DNA from: Candidatus Parcubacteria bacterium
GTDB lineage: Bacteria; Patescibacteriota; Minisyncoccia; Phycocordibacterales; EsbW-18
Assembly: GCA_039798445.1 (NCBI GenBank)
Contig: JBDKFZ010000017.1
Location: 4,195 to 68,194 of the forward strand
DNA: 64,000 nucleotides
Direction of reading: 5' to 3'
Shown here: piece by piece, positions 47,001 to 54,772 of the stretch
Position numbering within the stretch: the stretch's first letter is position 1
How the letters are laid out: every line of letters begins with the position of its first letter
Made by a program: the position numbers and the translations under genes
The notes under the pieces: generated by a model
Told to the model about the DNA's origin: nothing
The model's input: the letters and a program-made list of their open reading frames with translations, nothing else
Databases searched by the model: none

Positions 47001-49472
47001 AGCATGGGTGGCGGTACAACAGCGAGTGGTGTGACACAGGCAGGAGCGGCATCACTTTTCCTTGATGGTAGAGCACACCTTCTTCAAAAACGTATTGCTG
47101 TGACGAATGCAACTGCCTTTTCAGCAACAACAATCGGAGATTCTGGAGAGACATGGATTCCTAATGAATTTGTTGGAAGAATTGTTGAAATAACGGGTGA
47201 TTTGGGTGCGGGTCAGACACGTCGAGTTGTTTCAAACACAGCAACTGTGCTTACGGTGGATACTGCCTGGGGCACAACACCAGATGCAACATCTGACTTT
47301 AGTATTGATTCAGAACGACTTTTTGGAACAAGCAATAACGTTACATCTGTTGCTGTTGATGCCACAACATACGTACTCGGTCAGGCACGAAGGATGTACG
47401 TTGGTACGAGTGATGGGTCTGATGGTGGTGGTGTAAACGTCTTCTCGAACATAGGTTCTGGTTCTATACTCACCGATGTTATTCACACACAAGGAACTGT
47501 TCCAAATGACGACTTTGGTACAGCGTGGTCAGGAAGTGATGCTGATGATATACAAGCATTGGCCATGACATCAGGTACGCTCGTTTTTGGAACACAGGCA
47601 TTTATACGAGCCCAGGAAAATGATGTAAGTCTTGAACAACAGCAGCAGACTGTTCTTGGTGCATTGAACGGTATCCAGCAAGAACTTGTTGCACACTACT
47701 TGTTTGGATCAACAAACAATTTGCTTGGTGTGGGGAATGGTGCTGACCTTGCTGAACTTTATGTTTCAGCAGAGCCGCTCCTTGCGGGGGATATTGTTGC
47801 GGTTGATCAGAACGTTACGAGTGGCGTTCTTCGCTCAACGAAGGCATATCAAAAGAATGTCATTGGTATTGTTGCAACGCGCCCAGGGCTCGTTCTTGGT
47901 CCTGCAGAAGCATCATCATACCCAATTGCACTCGTTGGACGAGTGCCGGTGAATGTAACAACAGACAATGGCGTTATTAGAATGGGGGACAGAATTACGA
48001 CGTCCTCGCTTAGTGGGTATGGTATGCGCGCTACCCAGGCGGGTCGCGTGCTTGGTACTGCACTCGAAAGCATGAAGGTAGAAAATCTCGATGCGTGTCC
48101 TGGCGATGACGAATCATCACCGCGACGTTGCGGACAGGTAATGGTGTTTGTGAATCTTGTTGATTACTCGGGTATGTCGGTATCTCTTCTTGCTCAAGAG
48201 GCGGGGGATATCACGACAGCCGAGATTATTCCCGCCGCTTGTATCGACGCCGATGGTGCGACAACGACTCCAAGCTCGGGAGGTGTCTGTGGGGAAGACG
48301 AGACACTTGTTCCTTCGTATGAACTCTCTGTGGTGTCCGAGACAGGGTCTTATGAACTGTTGGATGGTCTCGAAGTTCTCTCATTCCTCAAAGAGAATGG
48401 AGATACTGTCCTTGATTCTGAGATGTTCACCGGACGGCTCTCAGCAGGTCTCGATATCATCACGCCGCACATATTTACCGACACTCTTTCGGTCAGTGCA
48501 ATCGAATCATCTTCGGATGATGGGGGGATAGCCCTTATGCTCGGAGACAATGGTCGTTTTGAGATACGAAGAAAGGGTGACCCAGAAGATCCTTCCGCAA
48601 CATCGTCCGTCTTGGTGACGTTTGATGCGGAAGGAAATGCTGTCTTCTCAGGAACAATCAGCGCTCAAGGATTGACGTTCGGTAGTGACGTCGCGACACA
48701 CACCGCTACAACCAGCTCTCCAGCATTGTTCATCGCATCAATCGAAGAAGGTGTCGCCGATGCTCTTGTGGTAATCCGATCCGCGTTGGTGCGCTCATTT
48801 GCGGCAGTGACGCTCTATGCAGAGAACATGTTCGCTTCGACCATCACGATTATTCCTGAAGGACGTATTGCAGTACCATCGGGAAGGGATCAAATCTCAG
48901 GTACTGCACGCATCCCGTCAGGATCTTCAAGTGTTGATGTTGAGAATGCGTCTGTCCTTGCAACAAGCAAGATCTTCATTACACCGCTTTCTGTCAGTGA
49001 ACACCCACTGGTCGTCACATTGAAGCGCCCCGGTATCGGATTCACGATTTCGCTCTTCGCTCCGGCCGCTCTCGACATCTACTTCGATTGGCTCCTTGTC
49101 GATTCGTATCCGACAGACGATACTACAACGTCGGTTCCAGGTGAGACGGTGGTTGAAGACATCCCAATAGAGGAGACCCCTCTCGAAGAGGCCCCGCCAG
49201 ACACGTCTGACGAGCCTGAAGTCGAACCCTCATCTGAAGAACTCGAGGTAGAGACCGCACCGGAGCCTGTAGTTGAAGAGGGAACAGAACCCGAAGTTGA
49301 GGAGCTTCCACAAGAGCCAGAGGCGGCGGTTGAACCTCCAGCTGACCTGCCTGCGCAGATGGGAGAGTCCGAACCCAAGATCGAGGCCGAACCGACACCT
49401 GAACCTGAGCCAGAAGAAGAGCCAGAACAAGAAAACGTAGAACCTGAGCCTACGGAGGAACCCACCACATAG
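44046..49472 (+). CDS. Giant secreted fibre/adhesin-like protein (LamG-like and autochaperone-like regions, Pro/Glu tail)
   Basis: Signal peptide, INYQGKL, NATSTNATTT, GRVGIGTSSP, WHHVVFT..VYVDG, GADLAELY...IALVGRVPV, acidic EP-rich tail. Confidence 0.8.
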   Translation: MIRTCAAWFLVGVALIAAQSFVPPAQAAFSPYINYQGKLADDTGTPVADDLYNMEFKLYDDPVAGSVVWTETRTGADKVQVTDGLFSILLGEVAAIDGVNFNQPLYLSVQIGGVGTPSWDGEMTPRRDISSVPTAFLAGTALALDATNATSTNATTTNLYVSGAVGVGTSTPITSMLAIKGSASKANIFEIASSTDANIFMVTGTGRVGIGTSSPYARLSVAGDIALTGGLYDSGASLGSNGMVLLSTGTGVDWVATSTLGITGGSGSLQSAYDGGATIQTAAGSPVVITETAAALSSSHNLLQLTANPGIGGDYSGDALQITLDGVDANSNTGIGLHMVIDQSQATGNPIVIEDDAGFDLLALSQTGGLTVGSATQRLDSTIYGDLVTKGHTIQRSLTGILDIFIYDTTRDSDGGAWRTNGLTSGTSWYTETKDDGPNDACVIGTDDRCGSSVFPRKAILVTTVESLYIFDAKDNSLWMEFTQDGTYALGASTGNPSGVGAVNGTVYVGTNGTGTGLYAFDFISDRMYRYNATNRVQADTKIGTRNTATTYATDAQTSLAILDAVVNDVSAALQYGSSEGTTNVAGAIPLDSGAGPLRGVVLIAAATDTGISVIHPDTQEVINYSDATNDDYNTVHMTTRGRMYAANETRAQLETWRNVDRDVTAETNGTPDRWYDETITAGTITGGQVPAIATSPATIAVAERASLAREATATGNNDSGDVVLFGTSQGFAEIHDSGGNLGAAAWTRFVSTATATPLMVGGVKSLFLFEEAAGATDALSSLGSGANILQSFNTPTFGTSGVRGTAVDLNGTSQFFCTDGTGNDGVCDNDTDYNMAATSWTVSAWLKHDLTPAGIDTVFEKCWVPATPSAGTGCAWGGMNASGQYIMGVDDDATWTVGSSMDDLTTAAGPSYADGLWHHVVFTNTDTDICVYVDGKQVTCDSTLAATATLDTSAVTLTVGASCAGANCVTGANFFAGEMDDLAFSMGGGTTASGVTQAGAASLFLDGRAHLLQKRIAVTNATAFSATTIGDSGETWIPNEFVGRIVEITGDLGAGQTRRVVSNTATVLTVDTAWGTTPDATSDFSIDSERLFGTSNNVTSVAVDATTYVLGQARRMYVGTSDGSDGGGVNVFSNIGSGSILTDVIHTQGTVPNDDFGTAWSGSDADDIQALAMTSGTLVFGTQAFIRAQENDVSLEQQQQTVLGALNGIQQELVAHYLFGSTNNLLGVGNGADLAELYVSAEPLLAGDIVAVDQNVTSGVLRSTKAYQKNVIGIVATRPGLVLGPAEASSYPIALVGRVPVNVTTDNGVIRMGDRITTSSLSGYGMRATQAGRVLGTALESMKVENLDACPGDDESSPRRCGQVMVFVNLVDYSGMSVSLLAQEAGDITTAEIIPAACIDADGATTTPSSGGVCGEDETLVPSYELSVVSETGSYELLDGLEVLSFLKENGDTVLDSEMFTGRLSAGLDIITPHIFTDTLSVSAIESSSDDGGIALMLGDNGRFEIRRKGDPEDPSATSSVLVTFDAEGNAVFSGTISAQGLTFGSDVATHTATTSSPALFIASIEEGVADALVVIRSALVRSFAAVTLYAENMFASTITIIPEGRIAVPSGRDQISGTARIPSGSSSVDVENASVLATSKIFITPLSVSEHPLVVTLKRPGIGFTISLFAPAALDIYFDWLLVDSYPTDDTTTSVPGETVVEDIPIEETPLEEAPPDTSDEPEVEPSSEELEVETAPEPVVEEGTEPEVEELPQEPEAAVEPPADLPAQMGESEPKIEAEPTPEPEPEEEPEQENVEPEPTEEPTT

Positions 49473-49478
49473 AACATC

Positions 49479-50465
49479 ATGATGCTTTCTCGTAACAAAA
49501 TGATTCTCATCGCCGCAGGGACACTCGTACTTGGGTTTTTGTTTGGCTTTTTCTTTCCGCGCAGCAGCGAGGTCAACGAGGCTACGGGCGAATGGCGTCT
49601 TGGCTCCTCATCACTTACAAATCCTTTGCTTGAGTGCGATCTCGGGGAAGAAGCTCTTTCAAGTAAAAAAATTGATTTTACATCGGATCTTAGACATTTT
49701 GTTGATGATCTCAAAGATGAAATGGGCATAGAGGATATTTCTGTGTATTATCGCGATCTCAATAACGGACCAGTGTTCGGTATCAACCAAGAGGAATCAT
49801 TTGCGCCGGCAAGTCTTCTTAAGATTCCGCTTCTGATTTCATATTTGCGATGGGCCGAGGATGACCCAAAGGTATTGGATGAACGGATACTTTTTGAAAA
49901 CTCAGTTGATGTGGGCTATCAGCAGGAGTTTGCGCCGTCAGTTCCTCTTGTGCCAGGAACAACATACACCGCTCGCGAACTGCTTGAACACATGATTAAG
50001 TATTCTGACAATCAGGCGCTTATGTTGTTGTTTAATCGTATTCCTCGACAATATCAAGAAGAACTCTACACATTACTGGGTGTCGACGCATCTCTCATTA
50101 CTGACCCACTCGGTCGTCTTACAGTGAAGCAGTACAGTATCTTCTTTAGAATCCTCTTTAACGCGTCATTTTTGTCGAGAACACACTCCGAATATGCTTT
50201 AAAGCTCTTAACGGAAACCTCTTTCGTTGATGGTCTCCGCGCATCGGTGCCCGAGTCAATTCCTATTGCACATAAGTTTGGAGAACGAAAGACAAGGACG
50301 GACCTTCAGCAGTTCCACGACTGCGGTATTGTTTATTATCCAGGACATCCATATCTAATTTGCATTATGACTCGCGGAAATGATGTGACGTCGCTCATTA
50401 ATGCTATTCGAGAGACCTCGCGCTTTGTGTACGAGGAGATTGATGCGCAATATGCATCTGAATAG
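49479..50465 (+). CDS. Class A beta-lactamase-like serine hydrolase, membrane anchored
   Basis: PASLLK (SxxK), YSDN, AHKFG, HDCGIV. Confidence 0.85.
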   Translation: MMLSRNKMILIAAGTLVLGFLFGFFFPRSSEVNEATGEWRLGSSSLTNPLLECDLGEEALSSKKIDFTSDLRHFVDDLKDEMGIEDISVYYRDLNNGPVFGINQEESFAPASLLKIPLLISYLRWAEDDPKVLDERILFENSVDVGYQQEFAPSVPLVPGTTYTARELLEHMIKYSDNQALMLLFNRIPRQYQEELYTLLGVDASLITDPLGRLTVKQYSIFFRILFNASFLSRTHSEYALKLLTETSFVDGLRASVPESIPIAHKFGERKTRTDLQQFHDCGIVYYPGHPYLICIMTRGNDVTSLINAIRETSRFVYEEIDAQYASE

Positions 50466-50519
50466 AAGCTGTTGATATCCCACTTCAAATCGCATCGTTG
50501 AGGACGTATACTCATATCA

Positions 50520-50987
50520 ATGATTACTTCACCACAAAAAATGATGGAAACAAAAATCTCGTCGTCTGCAGGTGTGCTTCATCGTTCACGTTTTAATAAA
50601 AAGGCCATTCTTCTTGTCATTATTTTTGCCATTCTTGCAGGGGCTGCCTTCTATTTCTTTACAAAATACCAAGAGCTAAAAGAAAATCCTGATGTTGTAA
50701 ATCAGGAAGAAGCCATTGACTTGGCAGCCGAAGTGGGAGAGATCATGGTTGTGCCTCAAGGAGAGGTCCCGACGATCGCCACAGTCTCCGACCCGGCACT
50801 CCTCGTCGACCAGCCATTTTTCAAGGATGCGAAAAAGGGCGATAAGGTTCTTATCTATTCTCAGGCAGGCAAAGCCATACTCTATGATCCAGAGGCAAAG
50901 AAGATCATCGAAGTTGCTCCTATCACCAACGGAAAAGCCACGACCCCTGAGCCTGTACCTGCTATAGAAACAACTCCTGAGGAATAA
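50520..50987 (+). CDS. Single-TM hypothetical protein
   Basis: N-terminal TM, EVPTIATV, FFKDAKKGDKVLIY. Confidence 0.75.
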   Translation: MITSPQKMMETKISSSAGVLHRSRFNKKAILLVIIFAILAGAAFYFFTKYQELKENPDVVNQEEAIDLAAEVGEIMVVPQGEVPTIATVSDPALLVDQPFFKDAKKGDKVLIYSQAGKAILYDPEAKKIIEVAPITNGKATTPEPVPAIETTPEE

Positions 50988-50998
50988 GCGTCACACAG

Positions 50999-51394
50999 AT
51001 GCTCAAGATATTTCTCATCGCTCTCATTGTCTTCCTCATCATCGATGCCATCTGGCTTTTGGGCATCTCTCGTGATTTGTATCAGCGTGCGATTGGTTTC
51101 TTGATGCCGGAGAAGGTGAATCTCTTGGCAGCGATGAGGGCGTACCTCCTCCTCGCGCTCGGTTTGACGTTGTTTGTTATTGCGCCGGGTATTCGCGAAG
51201 GCCTTTCAATCGGACATATCACTCTTTTGGGCGCAGCCTTTGGTCTCGTTGCTTACGGCATCTACGACTTCACCAATCTCGCCACCATCAAAGGCTGGCC
51301 GCTCTGGATATCGCTCGTCGATATGGGGTGGGGGACGCTCGTGTCGGGTCTTACGACCGCCGCCACGGTTTACCTTCTCAGATTCTTCTCCTAG
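50999..51394 (+). CDS. DUF2177 family membrane protein
   Basis: IDAIWL, YGIYDFTNLAT, VDMGWG. Confidence 0.85.
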   Translation: MLKIFLIALIVFLIIDAIWLLGISRDLYQRAIGFLMPEKVNLLAAMRAYLLLALGLTLFVIAPGIREGLSIGHITLLGAAFGLVAYGIYDFTNLATIKGWPLWISLVDMGWGTLVSGLTTAATVYLLRFFS

Positions 51395-51421
51395 GGCGCT
51401 TGGATGTTAGGATAGGCCCAC

Positions 51422-51493
51422 GCTCTCGTCGTTCAATGGATAGGATGCCTCCCTCCGAAGGAGGCGATGCAGGTTCGATTCCTGCTGAGAGCA
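51422..51493 (+). tRNA. tRNA-Arg(CCG)
   Basis: GCTCTCG/TGAGAGC acceptor, anticodon loop CTCCGAA, GTTCGATT. Confidence 0.95.
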
Positions 51494-51630
51494 TTGAATT
51501 TGACCAAATGGGTTGGTGCAGGAATCGAAGGCCGGAAGAAAGGCCCTTGGAGGGCCTTTCTGAGGCGGGGTCGAGAGCACTTACGAGCGAAGCGAGTTAG
51601 TGACTCGTGACCGATTCCTGCTGAGAGCAT
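51476..51630 (+). repeat. 19-bp direct repeat of the tRNA-Arg 3' end flanking a small structured element
   Basis: CGATTCCTGCTGAGAGCAT at 51476-51494 and 51612-51630; inverted copy GCAGGAATCGAA at 51518-51529. Confidence 0.85.
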
Positions 51631-51699
51631 CCCAAAAAGGCACTTGATACGTCTTACATTTTAAGCTATAGTGGGGGGTCTAAAAACCGATATATTCAT

Positions 51700-51999
51700 A
51701 TGAAAATCGCAGTCATCGAAACAGGCGGAAAGCAGTACCTCGTCAACGAGGGCTCAAAGCTCACAATCGAAAAGATCATTGGTGCAGAAGCCGGCAAGGA
51801 CGTCTCATTCAAGACTCTTCTTACTGACGATGGTGCCCTCACACTTGGCGCACCGTACCTCTCAGAAGCCACAGCTTCATACGACGCAGAAGGTCGCAAC
51901 AAGACAATCAATGTCGTCAAATACAAGGCAAAGAGCCGTTACTACAAGAAGCGCGGACACCGCCAGCCTCACGCAAAGGTGACTCTCAAAAAGATCTAA
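51700..51999 (+). CDS. rplU: 50S ribosomal protein L21
   Basis: AVIETGGKQY, KKRGHRQ; promoter TTGATA-17-TATAGT and downstream hairpin. Confidence 0.95.
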   Translation: MKIAVIETGGKQYLVNEGSKLTIEKIIGAEAGKDVSFKTLLTDDGALTLGAPYLSEATASYDAEGRNKTINVVKYKAKSRYYKKRGHRQPHAKVTLKKI

Positions 52000-52042
52000 C
52001 AACCAAGCCCTCGAAAGAGGGTTTTGTTGAACCTGCTATAGA

Positions 52043-52071
52043 TTGACAAAAGGAGTCTGGCATGCTATGAT
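52043..52071 (+). promoter_or_regulatory. sigma70 promoter of the orphan gene
   Basis: TTGACA-17-TATGAT with TG extension. Confidence 0.75.
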
Positions 52072-52125
52072 ACTCGCCAGTAATACTAACGAAGTTCTTT
52101 GATGGCCGGGAGGCCGGAGGTTCAA

Positions 52126-52584
52126 ATGCGCAACGCTCATCAGGTGTTGGCACCACTCGACGCCCGCAACAAGAAGAAGATCCTCTACTCGGGGATCAAG
52201 TGGCTCCTCATCGCGGCAATCATGGTGGGGGGAGTCGTCGTGGCAATGATCGTTCGGGAAGGTTTCGCGACGGCTGGGTCTGTCGCAATATCTCGACCCG
52301 AACCTGCTCTGTCGCCGGTCGTCACCGTCCTTTACGAGCACGATCTCTGGACACTCAGGGTCAGCTCGGCCGGTCCGATCGATGCTGAAGTCGTTGGCGA
52401 AGGAACGATCGTCGATGGGGTGCGGTATGTCCCCATCAAGAGAGAGGGATCATCGCTCGTCTGGAATCTGGTCGTTCTGGGGACTAACACGTTCACGGTC
52501 GGTCAGAAGATCCAGGTCCACTCGCATTACCACACTGGTGGTGTTCCGGGCCCTGGTTCTGTCATCTACATCCTCGCTCAGTAG
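52126..52584 (+). CDS. Single-TM hypothetical protein (orphan cassette)
   Basis: GGAGG SD before ATG 52126; TM then beta-rich domain; terminator 52607-52636. Confidence 0.7.
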   Translation: MRNAHQVLAPLDARNKKKILYSGIKWLLIAAIMVGGVVVAMIVREGFATAGSVAISRPEPALSPVVTVLYEHDLWTLRVSSAGPIDAEVVGEGTIVDGVRYVPIKREGSSLVWNLVVLGTNTFTVGQKIQVHSHYHTGGVPGPGSVIYILAQ

Positions 52585-52640
52585 TCCTCGGAGCATCCCG
52601 CTCCAAAACGCCCCGCGCGCAAGCCGGGGCGTTCTTACGT

Positions 52641-53252
52641 CTATTTTCTATTTTGCAGTGCGTTTCGAATGGTCTCTCTATCTGAATATTCAAGCTCGGA
52701 TCCTGTCGAAAGTCCGCGGCCGAGGAGCGTAATGGGGAATGGATTCTTTTCGGCAATGGGGGAGAGAAGCCCACGCACGTGGTCGGCTGTCGCTTCGCCT
52801 TCGGGATGAGCCCCTGTGGCGATGATAACCTCTTTGAGACTTGGTGCCATTGTCTGAACGCGCTTCACGAGCTCATCGAGTCGTAATGGTGCAGCGTCAG
52901 AGATCTCCATGAGCGGTACGGTACCACCAAGCACAAAGTAGAGGCCATCGTAGGTGCCGCTTCGTTCGATGGCTTCGAGATCGACATCTTTTTCAACAAT
53001 CATCAAAAGCGATGTCTCGCGGTTCGGACTCGTACAAATGTCACACGACGTTCCATAACCATCGGCTTCAAAGAAGCGGTGGCACGTGATGCACTCAGCG
53101 GTTTTATTGCGAAGCGTCTCAATGAGCTTCGCCATATCCTCGAGCGTGCGCGGTTCTTGTCGCAACAAAAAGTACACAAACCGCTTTGCTTGGCGCGGAC
53201 CGATGCCGGGGAACTTTTGGAAATACGCTGCGAGCTTTTCTATGCCGTGCAT
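52641..53252 (-). CDS. recR: Recombination mediator RecR
   Basis: FPGIGPRQAKR, C4 Zn finger, YFVLGG, EGEATA, GSELEY. Confidence 0.95.
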   Translation of the reverse strand: MHGIEKLAAYFQKFPGIGPRQAKRFVYFLLRQEPRTLEDMAKLIETLRNKTAECITCHRFFEADGYGTSCDICTSPNRETSLLMIVEKDVDLEAIERSGTYDGLYFVLGGTVPLMEISDAAPLRLDELVKRVQTMAPSLKEVIIATGAHPEGEATADHVRGLLSPIAEKNPFPITLLGRGLSTGSELEYSDRETIRNALQNRK

Positions 53253-53264
53253 GGGGTGGAAGAA

Positions 53265-54683
53265 CTAAAACGCCTGTGAGCTTGCTGCTGGAGGAGCCTT
53301 GGCGATTTGGTCGAAGGCATCGCCACCATGACGTTCGAGCGAGCGGAAGGTGGTCTTTTTGGTATCGAAGAAGAGCTCAACAACACCCACGGGTCCGTTA
53401 CGGTGCTTGGCAATGATGAACTCGACAATGTTGGTGCGATCGGCCGCGTCCTTGTAGCGGTCTTCGTTGTGGATGAAAGCAACGACGTCGGCGTCTTGTT
53501 CGATAGAACCTGAGTCACGGAGGTCAGAGAGCTGTGGTCGTCCACGGCGTGTCTCGATTGCACGGTTGAGCTGTGAGAGCGCCAAGACGGGCACATCGAG
53601 CTCACGAGCGAGCTGTTTGAGCGAACGTGAGAGCTCGGTGACCTGCTGAACGGTCGACTCGGACTTGAGACGCGTTGACGGCATCATGAGCTGAAGGTAG
53701 TCGACGATGATCATGTCGAGGCCGTGTTCGCTCTTGAGACGTCGTGCAACCGAACGCATCTTGATGATGCTGTTGGCAGGCTCATCATCGATGAAGATTT
53801 TGGCCTGTGAGAGGCGATTGAGTGCTTCGCTGATGCGGTCGAAATCTTCGTCGCTCTTGAGTTGACCGGTGCGGAGGTGCCACGAGTTGACCTGAGCCTC
53901 GGCTGCGAGCATGCGGTCGACGAGCTGCTGGGCGCTCATTTCGAGTGAGAAGATACCAATCGACATACCGTGTTCGACGGCGGCCTTGCGGGCGATGTCG
54001 AGCGCGAGTGTTGTCTTACCCATCGAAGGACGTGCGGCCAAGATGATGAGGTCAGACTTTTGGAGACCGGAGAGCTCACGGTCGATGTCGACGAATCCAG
54101 TTGGAACACCACGAAGACCACCGCCTGATTTGGAAAGTGTCTCGAGACGCTCAAACGCGTCGGTGAGGACGTGCGACATGGAGACGAACTTGTGGTTCAT
54201 TGGTGCGTTCGTCACTTCGTAGATTTTTTTCTCGGCCTTATCGAGGAGCTCACCAAGATCGGATTCTTCGCTGAAGCCGAGCTCTGCTATGTGATGCGAT
54301 GCTTCGATGAGCTGGCGCATCGTGTGTTTCTTTTGTGTGATCTCGGCATAGTGCTTGGCGTTCATTGATGACGGAACCGTATCGACGAGCGACGCGAGGT
54401 TTGTCATGCCACCGGCATTTTCGAGCTCGCGCATCTCTTTGAGCTTTGATGAAAGCGAGACAAGGTCAATGGGATCGTTCTTGCGGAACAAGTCGAACAT
54501 CGCCGAAAAAATAAGGCGGTGTTTGCGCGCATAAAAAGAATCAGCAGTGATGATGTCCACAACTTCGTGGATCACGTCGGGACGTAGCAGGATAGAACCG
54601 AGAAGCGCGCGCTCGGCCTCAACGTCTTGAGGAGGTGTGCGAAGCTCGCGGTGTTGCTGGTTTGTGGCGGTGGTATCTGCCAT
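53265..54683 (-). CDS. dnaB: Replicative DNA helicase
   Basis: PPQDVEAE, AARPSMGKT, FSLEM, VDYLQLM, LSQLNR, LRDSGSIEQDAD. Confidence 0.97.
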   Translation of the reverse strand: MADTTATNQQHRELRTPPQDVEAERALLGSILLRPDVIHEVVDIITADSFYARKHRLIFSAMFDLFRKNDPIDLVSLSSKLKEMRELENAGGMTNLASLVDTVPSSMNAKHYAEITQKKHTMRQLIEASHHIAELGFSEESDLGELLDKAEKKIYEVTNAPMNHKFVSMSHVLTDAFERLETLSKSGGGLRGVPTGFVDIDRELSGLQKSDLIILAARPSMGKTTLALDIARKAAVEHGMSIGIFSLEMSAQQLVDRMLAAEAQVNSWHLRTGQLKSDEDFDRISEALNRLSQAKIFIDDEPANSIIKMRSVARRLKSEHGLDMIIVDYLQLMMPSTRLKSESTVQQVTELSRSLKQLARELDVPVLALSQLNRAIETRRGRPQLSDLRDSGSIEQDADVVAFIHNEDRYKDAADRTNIVEFIIAKHRNGPVGVVELFFDTKKTTFRSLERHGGDAFDQIAKAPPAASSQAF

Positions 54684-54772
54684 ATGTCCACCATGATACC
54701 ACCCGCTCTCAGACCCCATTCATGTACACCATCAATAAAAGTTCAAAAGGCGGGGACGACGTGGGGACAACT

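Noticed and set aside
49140-49472. Repetitive GAACC/GAGCC sequence
   Set aside because: Low-complexity Glu/Pro coding tail, not CRISPR or a DNA repeat.
44046-49472. Prophage suggested by tail-like modules
   Set aside because: The protein has a Sec signal peptide, and no capsid, terminase, portal or integrase genes are nearby.
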